A stretch of 64,000 nucleotides of DNA from Pseudomonadales bacterium (lineage in GTDB: Bacteria; Pseudomonadota; Gammaproteobacteria; Pseudomonadales; UBA7239). The notes below the pieces were generated by a model, which was not told the DNA's origin, did not search any database, and saw nothing but the letters and a program-made list of their open reading frames with translations. The position numbers and the translations under genes were made by a program. Location of the stretch: assembly GCA_041395665.1 (NCBI GenBank), contig JAWLAB010000003.1, positions 215,285 to 279,284 of the forward strand, given 5' to 3'. Each line of letters begins with the position of its first letter. The first letter of the stretch is position 1. Positions 53,730-63,436 of the stretch are shown here, piece after piece.

Positions 53730-54083
53730 TTACTCTTTAGGCAGAAATTTTAATTGGGCGCCAACAGCAAGCCCTAGTTTTTCAGCATCACCAGCGCGCA
53801 ACTCCAAAGCTGATTTGGCTGCAATACACAGCAACACACGCCACGGTGCAACATGGTGGCCAATCTTCAGCACAAACCCTTGTTTATTGATAAACACAAC
53901 ATCAATCGAATAACGCATAAAAAAAGTATGAATTGAATTACAGTGCGTAATCCATAAAGACTCACGAGGCATCAGTTCCACACGCCCTAGTAAACCGCGC
54001 ATTCGCTCAAACACATTGGTGGTCTGTTGGATTCTAGAATCAGGCAGCACATGGTGATTGAGCTGCAACTCACCCAATAACAT
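53730..54083 (-). CDS. DUF192 domain protein
   Basis: Reads RMRGLLGR...LWITHCNSIHTFFMRYSIDVVFINKQGFV...ALELRAGDAEKLG, which matches the DUF192 (COG1430) pattern. Confidence 0.7.
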   Translation of the reverse strand: MLLGELQLNHHVLPDSRIQQTTNVFERMRGLLGRVELMPRESLWITHCNSIHTFFMRYSIDVVFINKQGFVLKIGHHVAPWRVLLCIAAKSALELRAGDAEKLGLAVGAQLKFLPKE

Positions 54084-55030
54084 TATAAAAATCCCTGATT
54101 CATAAATTTCACTACGATGGGGAATGCCAGAATCATGAATGTCACAGGAAAGATAAAAGCCATCAAAGGGAAAATCAGTTTAACTGGCGCTTCCATAGCC
54201 AATTTTTCAGCACGCTGGAATCGTTCATTTCGCCGTTGATCCGATTGCACTTTTAGCACTTTACTCATGCTAGATCCCAATTTTTCTGCTTGGATAACCG
54301 CACGCACAAAAGCACTGACCGCTTTTATATCAAGACGCTCAGCCATACGCGTCAACGCATCTGCCCTGCTCGCACCCGCGCGAATATCACGCATGACCGT
54401 CAGAAACTCATGTTTTAGCGCACCACTCGGCCCTTTTTCTACCGCTTGATTCATTGCACCAGTGAGGTTTAAGCCTGCTTCCACACACATCGAAATAAAC
54501 TCAAGATACATCGGCAACGCACGCATCACTTCTTTTTCTCGTTTGACTTTGGTTTCGCTCAACCAGATTACGGGCAAGAAAAATCCCATCAAAATAGAAC
54601 CAATAAAAATCAACAGAGAAAGCTTTTTCAGCATCAAAGCTGCCAGCAATACTAAAATTGGAAAAAGAAAAGCACTGAATACACGAATCGCGAAAAACTC
54701 CTCCGCATTGACATAGTAGGCAACACCAGTTTGCTGCAAACGCTTTTCTAGTCTATCTAAATATGGGATGGGCAAGTTCGTGCAGAGATAATACGCAATG
54801 ATACGAATCAAAGGCCAGACTAACTTTAATGCGGGCGGTAGCTCATCTTTATATTCACGACTTTCTTCAGGTATACGCGAGCCTAGTATTTTAATGATCA
54901 GCACGATTAGCGCGACAGAAATACCGATACCAATAGCCGATGTATACATTAATACCGGCGCACTGAGGTTTAAGAAAATAAACCACAAGTCAGATAACTC
55001 TTTTTGTATCGATAACCACATAGAGTTCAC
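54083..55030 (-). CDS. tadC: Tad pilus inner-membrane platform protein (T2SS-F family)
   Basis: TM segments flank a cytoplasmic T2SSF-type domain (LPMYLEFISMCVEAGLNLTGAM...). It is the second of two paralogues after the ATPase. Confidence 0.8.
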   Translation of the reverse strand: MNSMWLSIQKELSDLWFIFLNLSAPVLMYTSAIGIGISVALIVLIIKILGSRIPEESREYKDELPPALKLVWPLIRIIAYYLCTNLPIPYLDRLEKRLQQTGVAYYVNAEEFFAIRVFSAFLFPILVLLAALMLKKLSLLIFIGSILMGFFLPVIWLSETKVKREKEVMRALPMYLEFISMCVEAGLNLTGAMNQAVEKGPSGALKHEFLTVMRDIRAGASRADALTRMAERLDIKAVSAFVRAVIQAEKLGSSMSKVLKVQSDQRRNERFQRAEKLAMEAPVKLIFPLMAFIFPVTFMILAFPIVVKFMNQGFL

Positions 55031-55884
55031 ACATCAATCGTCGTAATTTTTCGAATAATTGAAAAGCCAATACCCAGCATGACGACAATGACACCAAGTA
55101 CTACATACCCCATTGTGGTGCTGTACAACTTGCTCATTGCTTCTGGCTCAATCACATTCAACGCACACGCCAGCAAGATAGGTAGCCCCGTCATCACATA
55201 ACCTTGCATCTTGCCTTGTGAAGTTAAGCTAACAATTTTGCCTTCCATCGCTGCCTTTTGACGCAAGGTATCTGCTAGTTTTTCCATCACTTCCACAAGA
55301 TTACCGCCCACTTCGCGTGAAATACGAATAGCAGACAAAGCCACTCTAAAATCTTGCGATGGAATGCGCTTTTCCATATCAACCAGAGCTTGATCGAAAT
55401 TAACACCCAACTTAATTTTTCGCACCAATAAAGAAAACTCTTGCGCCAAGGGTGCTGGCTGCTCCGTTGCCAATGTTTCAATTGCACCCATCAAACTAGT
55501 TCCTGCACCGAGACTACTCGCTAATGACATGAATGCATCCGGTAGCTGTTCATCAAACTTTTTCATGCGTGATTTTTTGATGCTGCCGTAGAACATTTTT
55601 GGCACAACTGCCATCACAACAACAGCGACTATCACACTGAGAAAGTCGCGCTTGATGATCAACACCAGCGTCGGCACCACAATTAATGCTGTGGTGTAGT
55701 AGCGCACCAACATGTCAGGATCCATAAACATAAACATGTCCGACAAGTTCATGTTTGCTTCTTCAGAAAGCTGAGACTCGAAACGCGCTTTTATTTTTGC
55801 ACCCACTGTCATTGCCAAGAAAAACAAAATAGACAGACTGACAAACAGTAGAATAAAGATTACTAAGATACCTGTTCCAGACAT
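55027..55884 (-). CDS. tadB: Tad pilus inner-membrane platform protein (T2SS-F family)
   Basis: T2SSF-type domain (LPDAFMSLASSLGAGTSLMGAIETLA...) lying directly after the ATPase. Confidence 0.8.
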   Translation of the reverse strand: MSGTGILVIFILLFVSLSILFFLAMTVGAKIKARFESQLSEEANMNLSDMFMFMDPDMLVRYYTTALIVVPTLVLIIKRDFLSVIVAVVVMAVVPKMFYGSIKKSRMKKFDEQLPDAFMSLASSLGAGTSLMGAIETLATEQPAPLAQEFSLLVRKIKLGVNFDQALVDMEKRIPSQDFRVALSAIRISREVGGNLVEVMEKLADTLRQKAAMEGKIVSLTSQGKMQGYVMTGLPILLACALNVIEPEAMSKLYSTTMGYVVLGVIVVMLGIGFSIIRKITTIDV

Positions 55885-55893
55885 CGTTATTTC

Positions 55894-57561
55894 TCAGCCA
55901 AATAAACTCATATCGACTTCTAAGCCGCGTTTACGCATATCTTCGTAGAACTCTGGCACTCGACCTGTTGCTACAAATTGGCCACGAACACGCCCTTCTG
56001 CATCGTACCCTTCTTGCTGGAAACGAAAAATTTCTTGCATTTGGATAATGCCCGTTTCCATACCCGTAATTTCATTGATAGCCGTTACACGACGGCTGCC
56101 GTCAGAAAAACGCGACTGCTGCACAATCATATTGACTGCTGAAGAAATTTGCTCACGAATGGCTTGCACGGGCAAATCCATGCCAGCCATCATCACCATG
56201 ACCTCTAAACGCGAAATCATGTCGCGCGGTGTGTTAGCGTGACCTGTTGTCAACGAACCTTCGTGCCCCGTGTTCATCGCTTGCAACATATCTAACGCTT
56301 CACCGCCGCGACACTCGCCGACAACGATTCTGTCCGGTCGCATACGCAAACAGTTTTTCACCAAATCACGAATCGTAATCGCACCTCGCCCTTCCATATT
56401 TGGCGGTCTTGCTTCCAATGAAACTAAGTGTGGCTGCGCCAACTGTAATTCAGCAGCATCTTCAATGGTAATAACGCGCTCGCCATGAGGAATAAAGTTT
56501 GACAACACATTCAATAAAGTAGTTTTACCAGAGCCTGTACCGCCTGAAATCACGATATTGCGTTTCTGTTCTACGCAAATCTTCAAAAACTTCATCATAT
56601 TTTCATTGACAGCTTTGAAGCCAACCAAATCTGATGCTTGTAATTTTTTCTTAGAAAACTTTCGGATAGTGATACAAGGACCTTTTAACGCAAGCGGTGG
56701 AATAATGGCATTCACACGCGAACCATCTTTTAAGCGCGCATCCACCATGGGTGAACTTTCATCTATCCTTCTTCCTAAAGGTGAAACAATCCGCTCAATG
56801 GTGGAAAGCACCGCTTTGTGGCTACTGTAGTTCACATCAGATTTTTGCAAACGCCCACTGCGTTCGATGTAAATATCATTAAAACTGTTGACCATAATTT
56901 CAGTCACAGACTCATCTGCCAACAGTGCTTCCATAGGTCCTAAGCCCACGGCTTCGTTCAATACATCTTCCGTCAAACGCGCACGCGTAATAAAAGGCGG
57001 CAATGCGCCTTCTAACCCGTCCAATACTTCATCAATCAATGCTTTGATGCGATTGCGCAAATCTTCATCTGACATCGTGCCAACATCAATACGTTTCAAG
57101 TCCATGCGCTTGAGCAATTCCTCATGCACATGGCTTTGCCACAAAATCAGTTGCTCCTGCTGCGCACTACCAACGGAGCCAAACGCTGGCGCACTTGCCG
57201 CACCGCCACTCTCTGCAGCAGCTACAGCATCTGACTCCCCGTCTTCGTTGGCGGCAGCTAATGCGTTGCCCACATCCAACTGTTTGCAGCGCAAGTTGTA
57301 CGCACCAATCGTAATCACATCCGATGTTGTCAGTGGCCCGTAGGCATCCACACGTTTTCCGTTAACAAAAGTGCCGGCATCAACCTGGTCGCTAATATGC
57401 AGTCCGTCACCACGCTCTTCAATTTGCGCATGCAAACCAGCGACTTTCCAGCCACGCAACTGTACTAAATTGTCTCTGGATTTCCCTATGCCGCAGCGAT
57501 TTCCCATGCAGCGCACGAGATTATCACTTTCGCCTTTTGTGCTTACTGTAATTTCAAACAT
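55894..57561 (-). CDS. CpaF/TadA secretion ATPase with N-terminal FHA domain
   Basis: The C-terminal two thirds have Walker A GGTGSGKTTLLN, VITIEDAAEL and GHEGSLTTGHAN. The first roughly 95 aa (RCGIGKSRDNLVQL...HAQIEERGDGLHISD...GTFVNGKRV) look like an FHA domain. Confidence 0.88.
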   Translation of the reverse strand: MFEITVSTKGESDNLVRCMGNRCGIGKSRDNLVQLRGWKVAGLHAQIEERGDGLHISDQVDAGTFVNGKRVDAYGPLTTSDVITIGAYNLRCKQLDVGNALAAANEDGESDAVAAAESGGAASAPAFGSVGSAQQEQLILWQSHVHEELLKRMDLKRIDVGTMSDEDLRNRIKALIDEVLDGLEGALPPFITRARLTEDVLNEAVGLGPMEALLADESVTEIMVNSFNDIYIERSGRLQKSDVNYSSHKAVLSTIERIVSPLGRRIDESSPMVDARLKDGSRVNAIIPPLALKGPCITIRKFSKKKLQASDLVGFKAVNENMMKFLKICVEQKRNIVISGGTGSGKTTLLNVLSNFIPHGERVITIEDAAELQLAQPHLVSLEARPPNMEGRGAITIRDLVKNCLRMRPDRIVVGECRGGEALDMLQAMNTGHEGSLTTGHANTPRDMISRLEVMVMMAGMDLPVQAIREQISSAVNMIVQQSRFSDGSRRVTAINEITGMETGIIQMQEIFRFQQEGYDAEGRVRGQFVATGRVPEFYEDMRKRGLEVDMSLFG

Positions 57562-57587
57562 CGGCTAAATCTCTATTGCTATCCTAA

Positions 57588-58934
57588 TTATTCAAACAGA
57601 CCTTTTTCAAAAGAGCTGTTGAAACGATTGATCATGTCATCACGACGCGCCGCTTCTTCACGATTAATGTCATGGTTTACATCAATAATGGTTGGCGTAA
57701 CAAAAATAACCAATTCTGTTTTTTTCGTTTGAAAAAACTTGGAGCGAAATAGTTTTCCAAGGATTGGCAGATCACCCAGCCACTTCACTTTATCCAAGCT
57801 TCTGCTGATTTCTGAATTCGTTAAACCAGAAATAACCAAAGTTTCACCGTCTTTCATGTTGACATCAGTTGTTGTGCCGCGTGTTTTAAATGCTGGATTT
57901 CCATCCACTGCATTCGCTGGATCCAACACACTCACTTCCGTAGAAATTTTTGCCGAAATATTGCCGCGCGTATCCGCTTGAGGTGCGACACTCAACTTAA
58001 TACCAAAGTCTTTGTAATCAACGGATGAGCCGTTGATATTGCTAGTCACGACTGGCACCTGCCCGCCCGCTAAGAACTCCGCTTGCCCGCCGCTGCGCGC
58101 ACTCAAACGCGGTGAAGCAAGTAGGAACGCATCACCCGTGCTGACCAAATAGCTAATTCGCGAAGTAATTTCTGTCGCTATACCAAAGAAAGCCTGCCCT
58201 TCTTCGTTTCTAAACGGCAATGCAGTTAAATCACCTGTAAAATCTTTCGATGGTGCTGGTCTATAAAAAGAATTTGTTTTTACACCCTTATAAAATGCAG
58301 CTGTTGGCCCAGCGATATCTGTTTGCCAATTAATCCCCAACTGCTCTAAGTCATTGGTATTGAATTCGGTGATTTGTACATTCATGTAAACCATTTTTTC
58401 TGAAAACGCATTAGAAACACGCGTTAAGTTGATGACACTAGGGTACAAAGCAACTACACGCTCAACCAATGTTTTATCACGCTCGTAAATATCGCCTTCA
58501 ATCACCGGTCTGCCAGAAACAGACTTCACGCTAATGCCTTCAACATTGCGCAGCAGTGCACTAATTTCAGCGACAGCGCGTGTTGTGCTACCAGGCAAAA
58601 CATAAACAGTCGTGTCGTGTTGCCAACCCGCTTTGCCCCAGAGATGGATATTGGTCATCCCTTCCTCGTCTGCGACGATAACTAATTCACCCGTAGTCAA
58701 TAAGCGCGTGCTGATTACTGAACCGCTCCCTACAACAACACGCTCTACATCACCCACTTTCATGACATAGGTTTCACCTTTATACAAAGACAGCAAAACT
58801 TCTTTGGGTTGAAGCTCTGCCGCTTGCACAGAATGCATCAGCAGAAATGCCATCAATATGGCAAAACATTTCAGCCACTGTTTTTGAAAGTTAAATAACT
58901 TATTCATGTTTTTTTTGATATTCATATTAGTCAT
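57588..58934 (-). CDS. Tad secretin (CpaC/RcpA family)
   Basis: Signal peptide (CFAILMAFLLMHSVQA) and the secretin C-terminus ...LVISGL...VKWLGDLPILGKLFRSK...TELVIFVTPTII. The start is set at Met18 of ORF 57588..58985 to avoid overlapping the upstream stop, and is approximate. Confidence 0.85.
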   Translation of the reverse strand: MTNMNIKKNMNKLFNFQKQWLKCFAILMAFLLMHSVQAAELQPKEVLLSLYKGETYVMKVGDVERVVVGSGSVISTRLLTTGELVIVADEEGMTNIHLWGKAGWQHDTTVYVLPGSTTRAVAEISALLRNVEGISVKSVSGRPVIEGDIYERDKTLVERVVALYPSVINLTRVSNAFSEKMVYMNVQITEFNTNDLEQLGINWQTDIAGPTAAFYKGVKTNSFYRPAPSKDFTGDLTALPFRNEEGQAFFGIATEITSRISYLVSTGDAFLLASPRLSARSGGQAEFLAGGQVPVVTSNINGSSVDYKDFGIKLSVAPQADTRGNISAKISTEVSVLDPANAVDGNPAFKTRGTTTDVNMKDGETLVISGLTNSEISRSLDKVKWLGDLPILGKLFRSKFFQTKKTELVIFVTPTIIDVNHDINREEAARRDDMINRFNSSFEKGLFE

Positions 58935-58956
58935 TCCAAAACTATGCATTACCGCC

Positions 58957-60936
58957 TCACTTGCCTTGCGGCAATGCCTGTGCATCTTTTGATGCCGATG
59001 AAATAGAAGTTTTATCCAGTTTTAGTACGCCGTTTTCTTTGTTACCACCACTCATACTCTCGTAGCTACGACCACTAATACCTCCCTCTGAATCCGCGGA
59101 ATCAATATTGGGAATGTTGCTATCTACCGCTAATAACGGTGCAGCATCCGGTGTCCCTGCGCGCACAGAGACATCCAATACTCTGCCGTCATTTGCTTTC
59201 ACAGAACCGTCAGCACTCACCGTGGCGACGACATTGCCTTTATCGTCATATACCTTGTCGCCAATCACTTTGCCGATTACTTTTCCATCACTGCCGACAA
59301 CTTCGTTGGCAACAATATTTCCTTTTGCGTCAACCAAAGCATCACCTACTGACTGCCCAATCACATTGCCGTTGACATCTGTCACCGTGCCATCTGCGTT
59401 TACTGTGCCGACTACATTGCCCATTGCGTCAATGACTTTTCCATCCACGATGCGCCCTAAAGTTTTGCCATCTTTTCCAATCGCAACTTTAGATTGCTGC
59501 ACACCATCTGACACTTTGCCGACAATTTTTCCATTCAAATCGACCACATTGCCGTTGGCATCAACACGCGCAATCAATTTGCCGTCGGCGTCATACACTT
59601 TGTCACCAACTACTTTACCGATAGGTTTTCCTTTGGCATCAACAGCCACCTTACCAACCGGCGCACCAATCACATTGCCTTTATCGTCAACAACTTGTCC
59701 TTTGTCATTCACTTTACCGATAACATTGCCGTCTTTATCGTAAACAACGCCGTTGACTACATTGCCAATCACATTGCCTTTGGCATCTACCGCAACAGAT
59801 TCGCTGACATGCCCCAGCATACGACCATCGTTTGACACCACTTTGCCATCAACAACACGACCAATTTGATTGCCATTTGCGTCGTACACTTTATCGCCAA
59901 CTACTTGACCAACCGGTCTACCATCAGATCCCAAAGCTATCTGTGCTTTCACTTTTTCACCGATGACTTTGCCTTTGGCATCGACAACCTTGCCATCAGC
60001 ATTCACTTTTCCAATGACATTACCCTGTGCGTCATACACAACACCGCCAACCACTTTTCCTATTGCATTGCCATTGACATCACGCACTACTTCTGTAGAC
60101 GCACGCGCTAGTTCTGCATTGCGTGCTTTTCTCATCAGCGACATTAACTGTGATGGGCGCACTGCATCAAAACCACTTGAACCGCCATCGTTGCGATTAC
60201 GCAGTGCTGCGATAATTCGCCCTGCTTCTTCAGCTACTTTTAACATCGCCACTTGTTCCGGAAACAAATCGACGGTAACGGAGGAATAATCTTTATCCGT
60301 CATCACCGCGCCTGATCGCTGTGATTGCATGGATTTTGAATCTTGACTGCCTGTTGCAATCACCACCACATTTTCCAACACAGGAAAAACTACTTCTTCT
60401 GCACCGGCATTTTCTAAACCGGGTGTTGGTTCTGCCCCCGCCTGACCTGCTGGCATACCAACAAGAATGTCAATGTGATTACCAGGACGAAGCATGCCGT
60501 CCATCGAATTAATACGATCCACTTTAATCGTGATTGCTCTACGACCCGCTGCAATCGAATCCGAAAAATCTCCCATATTGATACCGGATAGAGAATTTAA
60601 CGGAATGGGTTTTCCGCGTGCGGCAGGGTACTGCAGCCGACGACCTTCAACTTTTTTGTAATATTGCGCAGTAATAACATCGGGGCCCACATACTTTTCG
60701 GGTATTTTTCTCGCTGCCACGGTATCCAGCGCAATAATTTCACCCGGCATCAAATCGCGCACCGGCACAACAACGGCCACCTCAACTTCTGGTGGTTTTT
60801 GGTATTGCTTTGCCAATGCAGCCTCTCTATTTTTGAGATACAACACCGCAAGCCCAGCTGCGATTAACCCCAAAAATACAGACACGACCAACATAGACAG
60901 TGTGCTCTGCTTTTTAAACCCTTCGACCAGTGACAT
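58957..60936 (-). CDS. CpaB/RcpC-family Tad assembly protein with a ~400-aa C-terminal repeat extension
   Basis: Residues 1-260 have a TM anchor plus a SAF/RcpC-like region (VVVPVRDLMPGEIIALDTV...; RAITIKVD...PGNHIDILV). Residues 283-591 hold about 19 tandem units of about 16 aa (e.g. VVYDAQGNVIGKVNADG, KVVDAKGKVIGEKV, VAVDAKGNVIGNVVNG). The tail is Ser/Gly-rich. Confidence 0.85.
   Translation of the reverse strand: MSLVEGFKKQSTLSMLVVSVFLGLIAAGLAVLYLKNREAALAKQYQKPPEVEVAVVVPVRDLMPGEIIALDTVAARKIPEKYVGPDVITAQYYKKVEGRRLQYPAARGKPIPLNSLSGINMGDFSDSIAAGRRAITIKVDRINSMDGMLRPGNHIDILVGMPAGQAGAEPTPGLENAGAEEVVFPVLENVVVIATGSQDSKSMQSQRSGAVMTDKDYSSVTVDLFPEQVAMLKVAEEAGRIIAALRNRNDGGSSGFDAVRPSQLMSLMRKARNAELARASTEVVRDVNGNAIGKVVGGVVYDAQGNVIGKVNADGKVVDAKGKVIGEKVKAQIALGSDGRPVGQVVGDKVYDANGNQIGRVVDGKVVSNDGRMLGHVSESVAVDAKGNVIGNVVNGVVYDKDGNVIGKVNDKGQVVDDKGNVIGAPVGKVAVDAKGKPIGKVVGDKVYDADGKLIARVDANGNVVDLNGKIVGKVSDGVQQSKVAIGKDGKTLGRIVDGKVIDAMGNVVGTVNADGTVTDVNGNVIGQSVGDALVDAKGNIVANEVVGSDGKVIGKVIGDKVYDDKGNVVATVSADGSVKANDGRVLDVSVRAGTPDAAPLLAVDSNIPNIDSADSEGGISGRSYESMSGGNKENGVLKLDKTSISSASKDAQALPQGK
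59164..60090 (-). repeat. Coding tandem repeat array (about 19 units of about 48 nt) inside the CpaB-like gene
   Basis: The consensus peptide unit is k-V-v-D-a-k-G-n-v-I-G-k-V-v-d-G. The units are degenerate at the DNA level, so this is an old array, not a recent duplication. Confidence 0.85.
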
Positions 60937-60966
60937 ACCTTTCCTCTAGGAGAGACTTACTAAAAA

Positions 60967-61809
<843 letters not shown>

Positions 61810-62502
61810 TCAAAATGCCGATTTCACTTCATTGAACAGGACGACAGAAGCACCCGCCTGCTCATGAATAGCGATATTGATATCGACACCATCTTTTCTA
61901 TAAGACAGCGCTTGCGAACCTACCGATGGATTCACCGGTGTTAAAAAAGAACTCCAACCTGCGTTTTCATAATGCATACGATAGAAATCCATGTTATCGA
62001 CAATGCTTTTTTCATTGAGTAACACCACCGTACGAGCGCGTTTTCCCGGCATGGAATCGCTAATATCCGATACCACTTCCGAGTTACCCACCATTGGAAT
62101 ACCTCCACCGAGCTCTACTTTTGTCGCACGATTTCCTGGCAACTCAGTAATGACTAAGCGCCCAACGGACTTTTCTGCATCCAGAGGATCCGCTTTAACT
62201 TGCACAGAAAAGAAATATTTTTCATCACCGCGACTGATTTGTTTTAGCTCACCCAAGTCATTTTCGACAAAACCTTTTTCATCAATTTCACCTTCTGCCC
62301 AATGCTTGCGGTAGTAATTGAGAATTTTTTCGTACTGACAATCACAGTGAATATTTTCGATATACATACGCACACCGTTGTACACCATGTCATCAGCTGT
62401 CCACTCTGTTTCAATAAAATCAGGACGATCAAACGATGGCCATGCCTGCGCCCATGTTGGCAAGAGCAAGAAAAAGTAAAAAGCCAGCCAGCGCCTATTC
62501 AT
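61810..62502 (-). CDS. Secreted hypothetical protein within the Tad operon
   Basis: The ATG at 62502 overlaps the upstream stop (ATGAATAG). Signal peptide MNRRWLAFYFFLLLPTWAQA. I recognise no domain. Two segments look internally similar (ILNYYRKHWAEGE / NMDFYRMHYENAGW). Confidence 0.6.
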   Translation of the reverse strand: MNRRWLAFYFFLLLPTWAQAWPSFDRPDFIETEWTADDMVYNGVRMYIENIHCDCQYEKILNYYRKHWAEGEIDEKGFVENDLGELKQISRGDEKYFFSVQVKADPLDAEKSVGRLVITELPGNRATKVELGGGIPMVGNSEVVSDISDSMPGKRARTVVLLNEKSIVDNMDFYRMHYENAGWSSFLTPVNPSVGSQALSYRKDGVDINIAIHEQAGASVVLFNEVKSAF

Positions 62503-63436
62503 TGAACGAACACACGCCATTTTTATCGCAAATATCGGCTTCATCTACACCGATATTGAATGGGTCTGTGTTGTAGCCACCCATATCCCAGCCGTCTGAG
62601 CTACCTGGAGCGGGCTGCTTTAACTTTGGCTCAGACAGTGCTCCGGCTAATACACGACGCATAGTGTTAAGCACATCGTTATTGAGAAATGAACTCGGCA
62701 CCAAACCGCCCGTTTGTGTTTTGAACATCGCAGGGCCTTGCGCGCTCCATGAATCCACTAACAAAGCGGAATCGGCATACATGGCAAGATGTACTGTTTC
62801 AATCGTCTCTAAATCTGATTTTTTTTGGTTGTCAGGCACAACATAAGAAACATTATTCAATGGAATAGCGACAATATGATTATCACTTTCAAAGTAGCCG
62901 TCTAAATTCGGTGAAAAATTACTACGCTTACTTCCAAGCCAACTAAACAGTTTATAAACAGGCTGCAAGGTTTTAGTAAAGAAACGCAACACTTCATAAC
63001 CAATTCCTGGCGTTTCTTTTAATTTATCCACATTGACTTGCACACCGCTAACATCCACCAATGGCTTGCCTTGATAATCGAACAAAAAAGGATTTAACGA
63101 GGAATCATTCAACACCGCGCCTGATTGCGAAAGAATGGGCGCATTCGGCGCTTCCAACATACGCAATTTCGCTTCGTTGGCAATGACGCTGGATGTTTTT
63201 GCAGGGAATGTACTGCCACCGATAATCTCTACGCCGGCGGGAATTTTATTGGGCTCATGCCAAACGCTGCGCTCCCATGCCACATAACGCGCCATTTCTA
63301 CTGAGGTTTGGCTCAACTCACCGTACTTGGTGATCACAGGCAAAATTAAAAATAGCGGCACTAAAACAGCCGCCGCAACGATAGCGAACTCCGTCATCGC
63401 TTGGCCGCGTTGCCATTGGCGGCTCGCGCGGCTCAT
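62495..63436 (-). CDS. TadE-like pseudopilin-type protein
   Basis: The N-terminus QWQRG/QAMTEFAIVAAAVLVPLFLILPV is a TadE-type leader and hydrophobic segment. 313 aa. Confidence 0.7.
   Translation of the reverse strand: MSRASRQWQRGQAMTEFAIVAAAVLVPLFLILPVITKYGELSQTSVEMARYVAWERSVWHEPNKIPAGVEIIGGSTFPAKTSSVIANEAKLRMLEAPNAPILSQSGAVLNDSSLNPFLFDYQGKPLVDVSGVQVNVDKLKETPGIGYEVLRFFTKTLQPVYKLFSWLGSKRSNFSPNLDGYFESDNHIVAIPLNNVSYVVPDNQKKSDLETIETVHLAMYADSALLVDSWSAQGPAMFKTQTGGLVPSSFLNNDVLNTMRRVLAGALSEPKLKQPAPGSSDGWDMGGYNTDPFNIGVDEADICDKNGVCSFNE

Noticed and set aside
58935-58985. A 17-codon upstream extension of the secretin ORF that overlaps the CpaB-like gene end.
   Set aside because: The signal peptide begins after the internal Met codons (58934, 58925, 58907). 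The extension (MHRHCRKASEAVMHSFG) is not signal-like.
59108-60289. Long plus-strand ORFs (59108..59743, 211 aa; 59963..60289; also 60983..61246), rich in L/P/T/S, lying opposite the repeat arrays.
   Set aside because: They are antisense shadows of the periodic, codon-biased repeat in the CpaB-like and Flp-like genes. They are low-complexity, show no recognisable motifs, and would break the tight minus-strand operon.
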